NCBI GenBank assembly: GCA_038204995.1
Contig: JBBRCH010000006.1
Location: forward strand, 1,324-65,323
Source: Bacteroidales bacterium
Lineage (GTDB): Bacteria > Bacteroidota > Bacteroidia > Bacteroidales > UBA4417
DNA: 64,000 bases
Direction: 5' to 3'
Positions 20,872 through 29,534 of this stretch are shown piece by piece. Each line of letters opens with the position of its first letter. The first letter of the stretch is position 1. Below the pieces are notes generated by a model. That model saw only the letters and a list, made by a program, of their open reading frames with translations. It was not told where the DNA came from and did no database searches. The position numbers and the translations under genes were made by a program.

Positions 20872-22122
20872 TTATTCGAGAAGATGCACTACCAGTCCAC
20901 TTCGTAGTTTCGGCTCGAACCAGGTGGTTTTGGGAGGCATTATATTACCGGAATCTGCAATATCAATCAATTGTTTCATAGATACAGGATACAAGGCAAA
21001 AGCTGCCTTCATTTCACCTCTGTCTACGCGTCTCTTCAACTCTTCAAGTCCGCGAATACCTCCCACAAAATCGACCCTTGTATCGGTTCTGAGGTCTTTA
21101 ATATCCAGGATGTTATCAAGAACCATAGCCGAGAGAATGGTAACATCAAGAATTCCAATCGGATCTGAATCATCATATGTTCCGGGAAGTGCAGTTAGTG
21201 AATACCAGTTACTATCAAGATACATTGCAAAATTGTGCAGAATAGTGGGGCTATATTTATCAACGCCTTTATTTTCAACAACGAAAACTTTTCTAAGTTC
21301 GTTTAAAAATTCTTCAGCTGTAAGTTTATTTAAATCCTTCACAACACGATTATAATCAATAATTTTCAGTTGGTTGTCGGGAAAAAGTACCGACATAAAA
21401 AAATTATATTCTTCGGTACCATTATGGTTCGGATTATTCTTACGTTTTTCCTTACCAACAAGGGCAGCGGCTGCCGTTCGATGATGCCCGTCTGCAACAT
21501 AAAGGTTTGGTATCTCGTATTTGAAAATCTCAATAATTCTACCAATAATCGCTTTGTCTTCTATAATCCAGAAATGATGGCCAAATCCATCATCAGCAAT
21601 AAAATCATATATCGGTTTGTTATGAGTTACTAAGTTAGTAACAATAGTATCAATGCCTTTATTTGCGGGATAAGAGAAAAATACAGGCTCCACGTTAGCG
21701 TTGGTAATTCGCACATGAATCATTCTATCTTCTTCTTTGTCTTTGCGGGTCAGCTCGTGTTTTTTGATTTTGTTATTAAAATAATCTTCAATACTGGTAC
21801 AACCAACAATACCATATTGCGTGCGCCCATTCATCGTTTGGGCATAAATGTATAGGTTAGGTTCTGAATCCTGGATCAGCCATCCATTCCGCCTGAAGGT
21901 TGCGAAATTTTCAATTACTTTATCATAAACTTCCTGTCCGTGAACATCAACCCCTACAGGGAGGTCTATTTCCGCTTTGGTAACCCTGAGCAGCGAGTAT
22001 GGGTTACCTTTCGCTTCGATACGTGCCTCATCAGTGTTCAACACATCATATGGTCTGGAGGCTAATTGTTTAACAATCTCCACCGGAGGGCGCAGGCCCT
22101 TAAATGCTTTAAGTATTGCCAT
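20872..22122 (-). CDS. DUF1015 domain-containing protein
   Basis: 416 aa. The N-terminus MAILKAFKGLRPPVEIVKQLASRPYDVL and the motif ADGHHR are typical of DUF1015. Confidence 0.85.
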   Translation of the reverse strand: MAILKAFKGLRPPVEIVKQLASRPYDVLNTDEARIEAKGNPYSLLRVTKAEIDLPVGVDVHGQEVYDKVIENFATFRRNGWLIQDSEPNLYIYAQTMNGRTQYGIVGCTSIEDYFNNKIKKHELTRKDKEEDRMIHVRITNANVEPVFFSYPANKGIDTIVTNLVTHNKPIYDFIADDGFGHHFWIIEDKAIIGRIIEIFKYEIPNLYVADGHHRTAAAALVGKEKRKNNPNHNGTEEYNFFMSVLFPDNQLKIIDYNRVVKDLNKLTAEEFLNELRKVFVVENKGVDKYSPTILHNFAMYLDSNWYSLTALPGTYDDSDPIGILDVTILSAMVLDNILDIKDLRTDTRVDFVGGIRGLEELKRRVDRGEMKAAFALYPVSMKQLIDIADSGNIMPPKTTWFEPKLRSGLVVHLLE

Positions 22123-22273
22123 TGATTCAATTTATTGTTATGTAAAAACCAAACAAAATTGTAATATACAAAATAATGCAATTGCTAAGAATGAAACAAC
22201 AGAAAATCAAAAAAAAACCACAATGAATCTAAAGTCATTGAATTAATTAAAAATTAAAATAATAATTTTGATG

Positions 22274-22684
22274 TCAATCATCATCACTGTCAACAATGCC
22301 GGCTGATCTTTGAAGAGATCCTATTAGTGCGCCAAGCATTTTAGTCATTTCCATCAATTGGCTACGCGACTCGTCAAGTTCATCGTTGGTAATAAATGTT
22401 TGCCTTGATGCCATCGAAGAGTGCACAACACATTCACGCACTGAGCTTTTAGCCATTTTAAGATAATGAATAAATTGAGCTTTGTTACGGGCCGATCCTT
22501 CAGCAATATGCAAAGCAATAGCTTGTGCTGAGTTGTAAAAATGTGATGCCAAAGAGATTGAACCTGTTTCCGGGAAAGAATTTACTTTTTTATATACCCA
22601 ATCTATATAATCAAGAGCTTTCAGGTAAATTCGTAAATCCTCGAAACGAAAGAATGTAGCAGTTTTGTCGAGTTCAGTTTCCAT
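22274..22684 (-). CDS. four-helix-bundle protein (23S rRNA intervening-sequence protein family, TIGR02436-like)
   Basis: 136 aa. FEDLRIYLKALDY, NSAQAIALHIAEGSARN and KMAKSSVRECV follow the family pattern. It has an acidic tail, VDSDDD. Confidence 0.75.
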   Translation of the reverse strand: METELDKTATFFRFEDLRIYLKALDYIDWVYKKVNSFPETGSISLASHFYNSAQAIALHIAEGSARNKAQFIHYLKMAKSSVRECVVHSSMASRQTFITNDELDESRSQLMEMTKMLGALIGSLQRSAGIVDSDDD

Positions 22685-22920
22685 TAATATTCGGTTTTTG
22701 GTTTTGAGATATATTATTATGAAAATATAGCTAACAACTTCTAAAATTTTCAGCTAATATACAAAGATAAAAACACGAAAACAAGAAAGTTGTTTGACAG
22801 ACAAATTCTTTTTCCAATTTGTTCAGCTACAGAGTTAAAAATTTTCGAAATCTATCGAATTAATTACAATCAATAAGCCTTCTTATTCACAATAAGGAAC
22901 AATACAATTTACTGTGATTT

Positions 22921-23844
22921 CTACTTATTTACCTGAAAAGTCCTATCGTTCCTGGTGAAAAAATTCACTATCTGCCTTGCTGCTGCCAAACCTGCATTGT
23001 TGTTAGCCTCGGAAGTCTGAGCACCCATTTTTTTGGGTGTAAAGTAAAACCTGCCAGAAAATTTTTCAATAATTAATCCTTTGCAATCAGGTTCAACATC
23101 CGAAACATATTTAAAGTCAGGCCTTTCAGCAAAAATTTGCAGTAAACCTTCTTCATCAATAACCTCTTTACGTGCCGTATTAATTAGCGTTGCACCTTTT
23201 GGCATCAGTGAAAGCAGGCTATAGTTAATTGATTTTTTGGTTTGTAAGTTAGCTGGCATGTGCACCGAAACATACTGACATGTTTTATAGAGATCGTGCA
23301 CATTATCCAAATAATATATTCCTTCTGCTTCAATAGTTTTTTTATCGACAAACGGATCGAAAGCATATATTTCCATTCCGAAGCCCTTAGCGATTGCAGC
23401 CACTGCTTTTCCAACATACCCGAAGGCGTGTAATCCAAGTTTTTTCCCTTTTAGTTCAGAACCAGAGGATCCATTGAAATTATTTCGGGCCGCATAGACC
23501 ATCATACCAATGGCTAATTCGGCAACTGCATTTGAATTCTGGCCAGGAGTATTCATTGCAACAACGCCCTCGGATGTTGCAGTTGCAAGATCTATATTAT
23601 CATATCCTGCACCTGCCCTGACAACAATTTTCAACTTTTTGGCTACTTCAAGAACATTTTTATCAATAATATCACTCCTGATAATTATTGCATCGGCATC
23701 AACAACTGCAGCCAGCAGTTCCGCCTTTTGAGAATAATTTTCGAGCAATGCCAATTCAAAGCCGGCATCTTCAATTATTTTTTTTATTCCTTCTACCGCT
23801 GCCTTAGCAAATGGTTTTTCGGTAGCAACCAGTACTTTTTTCAT
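22921..23844 (-). CDS. serA: D-3-phosphoglycerate dehydrogenase-type 2-hydroxyacid dehydrogenase (short form)
   Basis: 307 aa. It has the NAD-binding loop GLHAFGYVGKAV and a D-isomer-specific dehydrogenase layout. It lies 39 nt downstream of serC. Confidence 0.7.
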   Translation of the reverse strand: MKKVLVATEKPFAKAAVEGIKKIIEDAGFELALLENYSQKAELLAAVVDADAIIIRSDIIDKNVLEVAKKLKIVVRAGAGYDNIDLATATSEGVVAMNTPGQNSNAVAELAIGMMVYAARNNFNGSSGSELKGKKLGLHAFGYVGKAVAAIAKGFGMEIYAFDPFVDKKTIEAEGIYYLDNVHDLYKTCQYVSVHMPANLQTKKSINYSLLSLMPKGATLINTARKEVIDEEGLLQIFAERPDFKYVSDVEPDCKGLIIEKFSGRFYFTPKKMGAQTSEANNNAGLAAARQIVNFFTRNDRTFQVNK

Positions 23845-23883
23845 TATGACCAGATTAGAATTAATAATTTACTTAATACAGGA

Positions 23884-24954
23884 TCAGCTATTGGATTTTT
23901 CAAATTCGTTCATACAATCAATGAGGGCCTGTACACTTTCAATGGGCAATGCATTATACGTCGATGCTCTGAAACCTCCAACTGACCTGTGCCCTTTAAT
24001 GCCAATCATACCTCGCGTTTTAGCAAATTCCATGAAGGCATCTTCCTTATCTTTATATTGATCTTTCAACACGAAACATATGTTCATAAGTGAACGGGAT
24101 TTTTTTTCTGCTGTTCCTTCAAATATTTTACTTTTATCGATAGCATCATAAAGAAGATTTGCTTTTGCCAGGTCCATTTCTTCCATTTTCTCAACACCCC
24201 CCATTTCTTTAACCCATTTAAGAGTTTCCTTTAGCGTAAATATGCTGACGCATGGAGGGGTGTTAAACATTGAACCTTCCTTAATGTGTATCCTGTAGTC
24301 AAGCATCGAAGGAATTGCCCTATCAACCTTACCAAGTATATCTTCACGGATGATCACAAATGTAACCCCCGCAGGTCCGGCATTCTTTTGAGCGCCACCA
24401 TAAATCATTGCATATTTTGATACATCAACAGGGCGGCTCAGAATATCACTCGACATATCAGCGATTAATGGAACAGGACAATCGAAATCTTCCCTGAATT
24501 CGGTGCCATAAATAGTATTGTTAGTGGTAATGTGAAAATAATCCACGTCAGTCGGAATTTCCCAGCCAGATGGAATGTAATTGAAGTTTTTATCAGCTGA
24601 TGAGCCAATAACTGTGACTTCACCAAACAATTTAGCTTCTTTAATGGCTTTCTTTGCCCATACACCTGTTTCGAGGTAGGCAGCTTTTTTATTCATAAGA
24701 TTGAACGGAACCATACAGAATTGCAGACTTGCTCCTCCTCCAAGAAACAGAACCTGGTATCCTTCAGGGATATGGAGTACCTCCTTAAACAAAGCAACAG
24801 CTTCATCCATTACGGCCTGAAAATCTTTGCTCCGATGTGAAATCTCAAGCAATGACATACCAATACCATTTAAATCCAGTATAGCCTTAGCAGTATTTTC
24901 AATTGCAATCCTCGGGAGGATTGACGGACCGGCATTAAAATTGTGTTTTTTCAT
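23884..24954 (-). CDS. serC: phosphoserine aminotransferase
   Basis: 356 aa. The N-terminus [14 protein letters not shown] and [21 protein letters not shown] match SerC. Confidence 0.9.
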   Translation of the reverse strand: MKKHNFNAGPSILPRIAIENTAKAILDLNGIGMSLLEISHRSKDFQAVMDEAVALFKEVLHIPEGYQVLFLGGGASLQFCMVPFNLMNKKAAYLETGVWAKKAIKEAKLFGEVTVIGSSADKNFNYIPSGWEIPTDVDYFHITTNNTIYGTEFREDFDCPVPLIADMSSDILSRPVDVSKYAMIYGGAQKNAGPAGVTFVIIREDILGKVDRAIPSMLDYRIHIKEGSMFNTPPCVSIFTLKETLKWVKEMGGVEKMEEMDLAKANLLYDAIDKSKIFEGTAEKKSRSLMNICFVLKDQYKDKEDAFMEFAKTRGMIGIKGHRSVGGFRASTYNALPIESVQALIDCMNEFEKSNS

Positions 24955-25408
24955 TTCTCAGATTTTTGATATTAATAAGTTGGTTTACTGCATCTTAAAT
25001 TTGACAATTCAGCATTGGGGGAACACAGAAGTTTTTGTTAATAAATTCACACAAAGCTATAAAATGTTTTCAAGGTCAGCCCAAAAAATGTGAATTAATT
25101 TGTAGCTTTTTTGAATATAATTTTATGTAAAATTTAGTACCCGTTTTTATTTTTCAAATCTACCGTAAACACAACATCTTACTTTTGCTGTATTTCAAGG
25201 TAGATAGTTTAATATAAATATGGAACCTTTTCAAGATTTTATGCCGCTTTTTACACACCCATTATTGCCTGATAATCTATTACGCCTGATGTTTTGTTTT
25301 TCAAACAGTCGTAAATTATAAATATTAATGTGAATAAAACAATTACTCGGTTTTCATTTACGAATAGCTAATTAAAACTCAACATTATATTAACCAGATA
25401 TTTACTAT

Positions 25409-26311
25409 CTACATTTTTTTCATTTGGACTTTATTTGCAACATCAATATCCTCAACCAGTACCCAGTACCCATCCCTGAAAATAAAGCCATCGTATATAT
25501 CTCCAGCCGGAACATAATAGTTTCTGAAGCCCTCCATTGAAGGATCCATTGGTACCAAACGATCCATTACAATCAGCCAGGCCTTCTCCTTTTTTATTTT
25601 TTTTCGTTTTTCGATCCTGATTGTCTGGTAATCATAACGCAGCAACATATTTGCTTTTTCAGCATACTCCAATACAACCCGTGAACGAATTCCTTTTTCA
25701 GTTTTAAATACAGGCATTCCTAATACAACATTTCCATTATCATCAATATAAAGAATATCTATAAGTTTTCGGTTTGAATTAGATGTATACCCATCCCATC
25801 CAAGTAGAGTATAGGCCATTTTTTTTCCGATTTTAACCTGAATAAGTTGATAATAAAGTGCGCCGTACCACTCTTGCGTTGTCAGCTGTTTAGTCGTAAA
25901 ATCGGCAGGATTGCTGTAGGTTGACACTAATGGAATTAAGACAGGATTCTCACGCAAGAGTTGTATAAACCCAAAGTATTTGTTTGTGCCATCCGAAAAT
26001 GGTATATTCCATGTAAAGATTCGTATTTCTCCATCTTCAGACGCAACTCTGGTGATTCCATTAACAGAATCAAAAGGAAATGCAATTGATTGCGCGGATT
26101 CAAGAGCAGACTGGAACTTTCTAAAAAAAACATTGTTATTCAGTACTCGGGCTGAATCCGCTTTTTGTTGCCATACCAGGGAACTCAGTAAGTTAAGCGA
26201 ATCCTGTATTGCTGAACCATTATAAAATGGTTGGGCTGAAATGCTTTTTGTCAGTAACAACAGAGTAAGTAAAGAATATAGTTTATTAATTCTCATCGAT
26301 CGAGGCTTCAA
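25409..26311 (-). CDS. secreted hypothetical protein
   Basis: 300 aa. The track start at 26311 is TTG. An ATG at 26296 gives MRINKLYSLLTLLLLTKSISAQ, a clean signal peptide. I recognised no family motif. Confidence 0.5.
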   Translation of the reverse strand: MKPRSMRINKLYSLLTLLLLTKSISAQPFYNGSAIQDSLNLLSSLVWQQKADSARVLNNNVFFRKFQSALESAQSIAFPFDSVNGITRVASEDGEIRIFTWNIPFSDGTNKYFGFIQLLRENPVLIPLVSTYSNPADFTTKQLTTQEWYGALYYQLIQVKIGKKMAYTLLGWDGYTSNSNRKLIDILYIDDNGNVVLGMPVFKTEKGIRSRVVLEYAEKANMLLRYDYQTIRIEKRKKIKKEKAWLIVMDRLVPMDPSMEGFRNYYVPAGDIYDGFIFRDGYWVLVEDIDVANKVQMKKM

Positions 26312-26398
26312 TAATTATTGTGTAAATTACAAAAGTAGAGTATTTAAAGGTAATTTTGCCAAGGAAATTTAGGACTAAACAATTGTTATTTTATTTAT

Positions 26399-27472
26399 AT
26401 GAACCTGAAGTCATCACTGGATATACGTATAAAAGCGTTTGTTGAACTTGGCAAAGTAATGGGAACTGCTGTAGAATTTTCTACCGATACACGGTCAGAA
26501 TTCAATGATCAGTATCCTGAATTATATAATTCGTTAAAGGCAGCTAACCAGTATAATCCATGGTTTACTCCTGATAACATTGCATTTGCTTTAAAGGCAT
26601 GGGAATCAGCATTGAATGAAGAATCTGTTATAAAATGGATCGATGACTACAGACCTGGAATAGAGAACGTTGAACCGAAGAAAGTTGCAGTAATAATGGC
26701 GGGGAATATTCCACTGGTAGGCTTTCATGATTTTATGTGCACTTTACTGACAGGTCATAGTTTAATCGCAAAACTGTCGTCGGATGATAAGGTTTTACTT
26801 CCTGCATTTGCGGAAGTTTTGTGTAAGATAGAACCTTCATTTAAAGAAAAAATTCAATTTACTGAAGGAACTATTAAGGAGTTTGATGCAATTATTGCTA
26901 CCGGAAGTAATAATACAGCACGGTATTTTGAATACTATTTTTCAAAATATCCGCATATTATCCGTAAAAACCGGAATGGAGTGGCTGTATTGACAGGTGA
27001 CGAAAGTGATGCGGCGTTGAGAAGTCTTGGAACAGATATATGCACCTATTTTGGATTGGGCTGCCGGAATGTAACTAAAGTATTTTTGCCTGAAGGATTT
27101 GATCCTAAGAAACTGTTTGCTTCAATCGAGCCCTACAATAAGGGTCTGGATGATCATTTTAAATATATGAACAATCATAGCTACCACAGTTCTATATACC
27201 TTTTAAAAAAGATTCCGCACTTAGATAACGGTGTTTTTATTTTAACAGAATCTGATCAATACTCATCTCCTATTCCGGTTCTCTATTACGAGTTTTATGA
27301 CAATATGGAAAGTTTGAAGGAAAAACTGGAAAGGAACGACGATTTAATCCAATGTATTGCTAATAATGCATTTACAGACACTAAAACTGTAGCTCTGGGA
27401 TCTACCCAGAGTCCGGGATTAGCTGATTATGCCGATGGAGTCGATACCATAAAGTTTCTACTTAGCATATAA
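26399..27472 (+). CDS. acyl-CoA reductase (LuxC-like) family protein
   Basis: 357 aa. NPWFTPDNIAFAL and VIMAGNIPLVGFHDF resemble the Bacteroidota LuxC-like acyl-CoA reductase family. This assignment is from memory only. Confidence 0.55.
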   Translation: MNLKSSLDIRIKAFVELGKVMGTAVEFSTDTRSEFNDQYPELYNSLKAANQYNPWFTPDNIAFALKAWESALNEESVIKWIDDYRPGIENVEPKKVAVIMAGNIPLVGFHDFMCTLLTGHSLIAKLSSDDKVLLPAFAEVLCKIEPSFKEKIQFTEGTIKEFDAIIATGSNNTARYFEYYFSKYPHIIRKNRNGVAVLTGDESDAALRSLGTDICTYFGLGCRNVTKVFLPEGFDPKKLFASIEPYNKGLDDHFKYMNNHSYHSSIYLLKKIPHLDNGVFILTESDQYSSPIPVLYYEFYDNMESLKEKLERNDDLIQCIANNAFTDTKTVALGSTQSPGLADYADGVDTIKFLLSI

Positions 27473-27551
27473 TTGGATCAGTAAAAAAACATGCAAACAA
27501 ATTATTGTTAAATAAAAAGAAAGGAATATTTGTTTGTGAGCAAAAAATGTA

Positions 27552-27559
27552 TAATTTTG
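27552..27559 (+). promoter_or_regulatory. candidate Bacteroidota -7 promoter box (TAnnTTTG) for rpmE2
   Basis: TAATTTTG lies 29 nt upstream of the rpmE2 ATG. TTTG-containing sequence sits about 20 nt further upstream. Confidence 0.35.
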
Positions 27560-27587
27560 CAGCCCTGAAATTTAAGCTTAGAGCATC

Positions 27588-27860
27588 ATGAGAAAAGACA
27601 TTCACCCAAAGGATTATCGCCTTGTAGTTTTTAAAGATATATCGAACGACTTTACCTTTATTACACGTTCGACTGTAAATACCAAAGAAACCATTACATG
27701 GGAAGATGGAAAAGAATATCCACTTGTTAAACTGGAAATATCAAATACTTCGCATCCTTTTTATACCGGAAAGATCAAGCTGGTAGATACTACCGGACGC
27801 GTTGATAAATTCCGTCAGAAAATGGAGAAATCTGCTCAAATTAAGAGTAAGGCTAAATAG
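27588..27860 (+). CDS. rpmE2: 50S ribosomal protein L31, type B
   Basis: 90 aa. It reads [17 protein letters not shown]...SHPFYTGK and has no CxxC zinc motif. Confidence 0.9.
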   Translation: MRKDIHPKDYRLVVFKDISNDFTFITRSTVNTKETITWEDGKEYPLVKLEISNTSHPFYTGKIKLVDTTGRVDKFRQKMEKSAQIKSKAK

Positions 27861-27892
27861 TATTTTCCATCATTTTGAAAAAAAGAAATTGA

Positions 27893-27921
27893 AGGCTATC
27901 CCTGTGGATAGCTTTTTTTTT
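27893..27921 (+). terminator. intrinsic terminator after rpmE2
   Basis: GCTATCC (27895..27901) pairs with GGATAGC (27906..27912) across a 4-nt loop. A T9 run follows. Confidence 0.75.
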
Positions 27922-28018
27922 GCCTTCAGAGTTAAATTATTAACAGAAGTCCCTTTTTGTGTTGTATGATAAGCATATGCTTGTATCTTTAAAGTCAGTT
28001 TTCAGATAACAAAGTTTT

Positions 28019-29206
28019 ATGCTTAATTTCATACTTTTTGATGATAATAGCCGGATTTCGTTGCGACCGCTTACGTTTTTCAGGCCGGTAAGTGAAATAC
28101 GTATAGGAATTCTTACTATTAGGGAGAAGTGGGAAGTGCATTTGCAGCAAACTGTTTCTTACCTGACAGAAATATATTTACAGCAAAAATTTCCCTTAAA
28201 AGTAGGCACCGACAACTTTATTATTAACGGATCAATTTTACCGAACCATGAATTAGTAACCGAAATTCTGTCTCTCGGGGATGATACCTCTTTAAACAAG
28301 GATGATACTGTAATTGCTATTCATCTTAAAGCTGAAAACTTAAATCATTTCAGACAAGGAATTACACCTGATTTGAAAAGCCTGGAAACAAAAACTCCTT
28401 TTGTTAAAATAAACAACACCTGGGATATCTTCGGCTGCAACAAAAAATCCATTCTTGACGACTACAGACTCTTAACATACAACCGGGAATCAGCTAAAGT
28501 TTCGTCAACGAACCAGGTTTTAGGGACTGATTTATTTATTGAAAAAGGCGCTAAAATTGAATGTTCAACCTTAAATACATTATCAGGCCCTATTTATATA
28601 GGTAAGCAGGCTGAAGTGATGCAAGGATGTCATATTGAAGGTCCATTTGCCTTGTGCGAACATTCCATGTTAAAGATGGGGACGCTCATTTACAAAGGTT
28701 CCACAATAGGACCGTGGTGTAAAGCAGGTGGAGAAATCAGTAACAGCGTGATCTTCGGATATTCCAGCAAGGCTCATGATGGTTTTCTGGGCGATTCGGT
28801 AATTGCCGAATGGTGCAATCTTGGTGCAGGTACTACTTCAAGCAACCTCAAAAACAACTACAAAACTATAAAACAATGGAGTTATAGCGAAAGTAAATTT
28901 GTAAACACAGGGCTGCAGTTTTGTGGTCTCGTGATGGGCGATCATTGCAAAACAGGGATTGGTTCAATGTTTAACTCTGGAACAACAGCCGGAGTTTGTT
29001 CTAATATTTTCGGTTCCGGTTATCAGCGGAATTTCATCCCCTCTTTTATTTGGGGAGGAACTTCAGGTTTCAGAATGCACAAACTAAACGAAGCTATGGA
29101 TACAGCCAAGGCGGTGTATGCCAGACGAAGCCTTTCGTTCGGTAAAGTTGAAGAAGACATTTTTAAGACCGTATTTGAATTATCAGGCGAAAACCGGTTG
29201 TTATAA
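28019..29206 (+). CDS. putative sugar-phosphate nucleotidyltransferase with left-handed beta-helix C-domain (alternative GlmU-like family)
   Basis: 395 aa. The N-terminus reads LFDDNSRISLRPLTFFRPVSEIRIGILTI. The C-terminal half has hexapeptide-repeat character (IGPWCKAGGEISNSVIFGYSSKAHDGFLGDSVIAEWCNLGAGT). Confidence 0.6.
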   Translation: MLNFILFDDNSRISLRPLTFFRPVSEIRIGILTIREKWEVHLQQTVSYLTEIYLQQKFPLKVGTDNFIINGSILPNHELVTEILSLGDDTSLNKDDTVIAIHLKAENLNHFRQGITPDLKSLETKTPFVKINNTWDIFGCNKKSILDDYRLLTYNRESAKVSSTNQVLGTDLFIEKGAKIECSTLNTLSGPIYIGKQAEVMQGCHIEGPFALCEHSMLKMGTLIYKGSTIGPWCKAGGEISNSVIFGYSSKAHDGFLGDSVIAEWCNLGAGTTSSNLKNNYKTIKQWSYSESKFVNTGLQFCGLVMGDHCKTGIGSMFNSGTTAGVCSNIFGSGYQRNFIPSFIWGGTSGFRMHKLNEAMDTAKAVYARRSLSFGKVEEDIFKTVFELSGENRLL

Positions 29207-29462
29207 GAGAACTGAAATTACACTTTTGCTCTCTTAAAGGAAAAAGTTTTGCAATATTCTATCATACGCTAAAACAAGAGTGATATACTTATTTGCTGTT
29301 AATTAATCTGTTATCAGAATTTTTAAAAACATTGATTTTTTCAGGGAAATAGTCAAAGTACCGGACATTAACTTAAGTTGTTCAGTTCATTCTGAACCTG
29401 ATCAAATAAAATTTCCAAAAGACAGAATGATGAACATACTTTGAAGAGTCTTGTTAATTCAG

Positions 29463-29477
29463 TGGCATGGTTATTGC
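29463..29477 (+). promoter_or_regulatory. sigma-54 type -24/-12 promoter candidate upstream of lon
   Basis: TGGCATGGTTATTGC differs from the consensus TGGCACG-N4-TTGC at one position and has exact spacing. It ends 57 nt upstream of the lon ATG. Confidence 0.4.
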
Positions 29478-29534
29478 CTTGTTACTGATGATCTAAAAAC
29501 AGGTGTTATTCATGCCAAACTGTCATAATTATCT

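Noticed and set aside
22164-22705. 9-bp inverted repeat AAAACCAAA / TTTGGTTTT flanking the four-helix-bundle gene, as possible element ends
   Set aside because: It is short and has A/T-dominated composition. A match of this length between two ~200-nt AT-rich flanks is expected by chance at an appreciable rate.
25329-25337. TGTGAATAA, a perfect match to the reverse DnaA-box pattern TGTGNAWAA
   Set aside because: It is a single isolated box with no cluster and no adjacent dnaA, dnaN or AT-rich unwinding element arrangement. The other copies of the recurring motif (TGTGAATTT) mismatch the DnaA consensus at two positions.
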